Part shown: piece by piece, positions 44,332 through 47,018 of the stretch
How the letters are laid out: each line of letters opens with the position of its first letter
Numbering within the stretch: position 1 is the first letter of the stretch
From: a virus
Lineage: Duplodnaviria > Caudoviricetes
DNA length: 47,018 nucleotides
IMG/VR virus record: IMGVR_UViG_3300017700_000722
Location: 1-47,018 of that record
Strand: one strand, 5' to 3'
Translations under genes and position numbers: made by a program
The notes under the pieces: model-generated
Database searches by the model: none
The model's input: only the letters and a program-made list of their open reading frames with translations
Told to the model about the DNA's origin: nothing

Positions 44332-44651
44332 GCGCGCTCAACGAAAACTTGCATTGCGCCTTTTGGAAATCCGCCTAGGCGTTGCACGCGCAGGCGAACC
44401 GACGTCGGCGAGAGCACCTCGACGCTTCCGTGGTACATCCCCACGACGCCCTCGATGCTGGTGTAAATATCCTCTTGCACGTCGGGCGCGCTCGAGAACA
44501 CGGCATACACCCGGATCGTTGGCTCGTAGGGGTAGCTTCCCGACGTCGCGGGCTGCGCGTATTCCAGAATCCCCCGAGGCTCGACGCCGCCGTGGTCGCA
44601 CGTGCCATCCTCCGAGGATCCGGAAAGGTTCACGCCCGCGTATTCAGCCAT
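44328..44651 (-). CDS. Small putative virion protein, paralog 1
   Basis: N-terminus MAEYAGVNLSGSSEDGTCDHGGVE. Confidence 0.7.
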   Translation of the reverse strand: MAEYAGVNLSGSSEDGTCDHGGVEPRGILEYAQPATSGSYPYEPTIRVYAVFSSAPDVQEDIYTSIEGVVGMYHGSVEVLSPTSVRLRVQRLGGFPKGAMQVFVERA

Positions 44652-44832
44652 CGGGATTTACCTCCGTGATCGTCACATACACTTCCGCGAAGGGCGTGAT
44701 CTTGCTGCCGACCACGGGCGCAATGTCCGCGACCTCTAGCCCTGTGTTCTTTACCAGCAATTCGACTCCGCCGTGGTCGCACGTGCCGACCTCGACGGAA
44801 CCGGAAAGCTCGACGCCCGGATAGGTGGCCAT
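44644..44832 (-). CDS. Small putative virion protein, paralog 2
   Basis: N-terminus MATYPGVELSGSVEVGTCDHGGVE. Confidence 0.65.
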   Translation of the reverse strand: MATYPGVELSGSVEVGTCDHGGVELLVKNTGLEVADIAPVVGSKITPFAEVYVTITEVNPDG

Positions 44833-44834
44833 GA

Positions 44835-45830
44835 TCAGAACGCCGCTACGGTGCCATCCCAAAACGTATTACAGTGCCCGAGGCACACGCGGTCGCGGGT
44901 GCTCGAGACCGTGATCACATCGGGATTGTTTTTGCCCACGGTATTCCAACGGAACAAGGTAGAGCGTCCTTTGATCCCCGGAGTCGAAAGCGCGCCGCGC
45001 CGCTGGTACCACAACGGGATCCCCGGGTGATTCCCCGTAATGGGTTGCGTGCTCCCGTTGTTGGGCCAAAGCACGGAGCCCACGCTCGGGAGGTATTGCG
45101 AGGGCACGTGCCAAGTGACGAACGACGTTCCGGGCGTGGCGCTGATGATGCTGCCCCAAATTGCGAACGTAGTAGCGGTCCCGCTTTCCGTCGCCATGGG
45201 CGTGGACTGCAAAGCGCTTTGGCCAGTGCACCACACGTGCGTAACGAACGGGTCACGATCGCCCGTGTCACCCTCGGCGCAAGGATCCTCGCACGCGAGC
45301 GTTCCGGGAATGTTCGAGGTCGGCGTACCTCCGCCCGTCGGGCGCGCGTTGAAAAGCCAGTCATAGGGCGCGGCGTTATTGACCCACCCGCAAAAGTTGT
45401 ATGTGTTGTTGGTCGTGAAAAAGTTCGCGTAGGTCGGGCTCGCATCGGTGCCCCCGCCGAGCAAGAGGTGTTGATTCGTGGCAGTAGGCACACGCGTTGC
45501 GCCGGGTGAACCGCCCGTGAAATACAGGCCCGCGTTACCATCCTGTGAGCAGGCGCGCAGCATGCGCCAAACAAGGTCGGTCGTTCCCCGCTGCCACACG
45601 AATTCGCGCAACCCGTCGGGCGAGCGCAGGCGCACCCATGCTCCCGAGTTTGCCAGGCCTCCCGCGCCCGATGCGCCCGAGCTCACGGCCGCGCCGCTGC
45701 TCGAGTAGGTGGTACCGTCGGAGTCGGCGACTTTCGTCCACCCCGCTGCGATCAATGCGGCGAAGAATTGCCACATGCAAAGGGTGCCCGTAATGGGCGG
45801 TACGGCGTCGTGGAAAAATACTCGTGCCAT
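44835..45830 (-). CDS. Putative virion structural / fibre protein
   Basis: Gly/Thr/Ser/Trp-rich beta protein; LIAAGWT N-terminus resembles virion appendage proteins. Confidence 0.6.
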   Translation of the reverse strand: MARVFFHDAVPPITGTLCMWQFFAALIAAGWTKVADSDGTTYSSSGAAVSSGASGAGGLANSGAWVRLRSPDGLREFVWQRGTTDLVWRMLRACSQDGNAGLYFTGGSPGATRVPTATNQHLLLGGGTDASPTYANFFTTNNTYNFCGWVNNAAPYDWLFNARPTGGGTPTSNIPGTLACEDPCAEGDTGDRDPFVTHVWCTGQSALQSTPMATESGTATTFAIWGSIISATPGTSFVTWHVPSQYLPSVGSVLWPNNGSTQPITGNHPGIPLWYQRRGALSTPGIKGRSTLFRWNTVGKNNPDVITVSSTRDRVCLGHCNTFWDGTVAAF

Positions 45831-45851
45831 GGTGATTCGGTCCTTTGGTCG

Positions 45852-46295
45852 TTACGGGTTCTCGAGGGCGTCGAGGCGCGCTTTGATTGCTGCGATCTGG
45901 TCTCGCGTGTCTTTCCACTCCGCATCCCACGAATGGCAGTAGCCCCGAGCTCCGTTGCGCTCGCCTGGCACTTCGCCTCGCATGGGTGGGCACACGATGG
46001 CGAGGGCGGTACCCGCGTCATCGCGCGTGAATCCGATTACGCGAATCACGCTTGAGCCATCGGCGTAATTGGCAGCGACGCGCACGCCTCCCGGTTCACC
46101 GGTTGCGACCAGCGTCCACAGGCCCCCATCATCCTCCGCGAGCTCCGCGGATGTGAGATCGGTTACGTCGAGGATCTCATAGGGCGTATCGGGGTGGGTC
46201 GCGCCCGTGAGCTCAACGGGGGTGTCGAGCCAGGCGTGATCAAGCGACGGGTTGCCCGCGCCTGCCCCGTCGGGCTGCTCGATGACGAAAGCCAT
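45852..46295 (-). CDS. Putative structural adaptor protein
   Basis: Acidic beta region and C-terminal coiled coil (IAAIKARLDALE). Confidence 0.55.
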   Translation of the reverse strand: MAFVIEQPDGAGAGNPSLDHAWLDTPVELTGATHPDTPYEILDVTDLTSAELAEDDGGLWTLVATGEPGGVRVAANYADGSSVIRVIGFTRDDAGTALAIVCPPMRGEVPGERNGARGYCHSWDAEWKDTRDQIAAIKARLDALENP

Positions 46296-46468
46296 TACCG
46301 CCGCCCCTTCCTGCGCGGCGAGCTCGCGGCGGTCGCCTGCGCGTCGGCGTTAAGGCGTGCGTATTGCTCCGCCATTTCGAGGCGCGCCTTTGCGGTCTCG
46401 TAATTCACTTTCGCCGCCTCGACCTCAGCGCGGCATTGTTCAATGTCCGAAAGCTTCGCTCCGCTCAT
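46295..46468 (-). CDS. Small coiled-coil protein (57 aa, not in the ORF track)
   Basis: MSGAKLSDIEQCRAEVEAAKVNYETAKARLEMAE...RRKGRR; overlaps both neighbours. Confidence 0.6.
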   Translation of the reverse strand: MSGAKLSDIEQCRAEVEAAKVNYETAKARLEMAEQYARLNADAQATAASSPRRKGRR

Positions 46469-46923
46469 GGTGCACCCTCGACCTTTGCGAGCAGCGCCCG
46501 CATTTGCAGTAATTCCGGTTCTGACAATTTCGTGAGGTCGGCGCGCGCCGTTCCGGGGATCTCGGTCGGAGTGCCCTGATCGAGCCGCCGCTTTTTATCC
46601 TCGAATTCCGCAACCTGAATATCGACGCGCCGCCCATACTCGAGCGAGCGAACGAGGCTCGGGAGAATCGGATCAAGGCTCACGCCCGGGTATTGCCTGC
46701 CCCGCGCAAACTCCCTCACGATGAAATCCCTCGCAGCGGCTCGAACCTGCTTGATCGTCGTCGGTTTGATCTCGATGGGCGCAGGCTCTAACCGGCGGGG
46801 TGGTTTGGCGGCATCGGGCACGAGGCACGCGAGCTCGGGCGGGAGCGGTACCGTCGGGCCTAAGTTCGGCGGGCTCGGGGGGATCGACTCCGTGGGCGTG
46901 GCAGACTGGCGCGATCGGCTCAT
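46465..46923 (-). CDS. Putative terminase small subunit; start uncertain
   Basis: Near the start of the late arm; C-terminal RL..G.PTE...DLTKLSEPEL resembles TerS tails. Confidence 0.55.
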   Translation of the reverse strand: MSRSRQSATPTESIPPSPPNLGPTVPLPPELACLVPDAAKPPRRLEPAPIEIKPTTIKQVRAAARDFIVREFARGRQYPGVSLDPILPSLVRSLEYGRRVDIQVAEFEDKKRRLDQGTPTEIPGTARADLTKLSEPELLQMRALLAKVEGAP

Positions 46924-47018
46924 CGCGGATCCGATCCCACGCGACGGGTGCGCGGCAGTAGCGGCACCTCGGGCGTTTCGACTTGGGTGTCACGCGGAGC
47001 GAGCTCCCGAGCACACCC
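46896..47018. repeat. Terminal direct repeat, copy 2
   Basis: Identical to 1-123. Confidence 0.97.

Noticed and set aside
44581-44832. DGR template/variable repeat pair
   Set aside because: No reverse transcriptase is present, the differences are not adenine-specific, and the repeats lie at gene 5' ends.
46896-47018. 123-bp repeat as a biological virion terminal repeat
   Set aside because: It falls inside coding sequence and has a length compatible with an assembler overlap. Read-end analysis would be needed to call it a physical end.
1-47018. Apparent excess of CTCGAG, GAGCTC and GATC, and a preference for CTC/CAA codons
   Set aside because: This is a visual impression only. A k-mer observed/expected calculation is needed before claiming restriction-site bias.

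Overview
This window looks like a complete, circularly assembled genome of a GC-rich contractile-tailed dsDNA phage (myovirus-like Caudoviricetes). Bases 1-123 are repeated exactly at 46896-47018, so the unit length is 46,895 bp. It has two arms. The + strand early/replication arm (758-23207) carries many small Cys-rich proteins, a lipoprotein, a C5-methyltransferase-like protein, a primase-polymerase/SF3 helicase, a nucleoside deoxyribosyltransferase-fold enzyme, a Cas4/AddB-like nuclease, an SF2 helicase, a Pro-rich putative SSB, a family A DNA polymerase, a RuvC-like resolvase, an amino-methyltransferase and a SLOG protein. The - strand late arm (about 46923-23212) carries terminase, portal, head, neck, sheath, tube, a frameshifted tail chaperone, tape measure, baseplate, lysis and fibre genes. 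A GATC/iteron-rich non-coding region (about 270-757) separates the arms and is probably the origin. I saw no integrase, CRISPR array, reverse transcriptase or canonical tRNA. The most striking unexplained features are: (1) a ~480-bp structured non-coding cassette upstream of polA with two aberrant tRNA mimics, one of which overlaps the polA ribosome-binding site; (2) an early gene built from terminase active-site fragments, a possible decoy for terminase-sensing defences; (3) an alpha/beta-hydrolase-CHAP fusion lysin in a lysis cassette that splits the baseplate genes; (4) a shared 17-bp box used with both sigma70-like and sigma54-like leaderless promoters. All family assignments come from motif recognition by eye and gene order, not from database searches. 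A myxobacterial host is only a weak guess.
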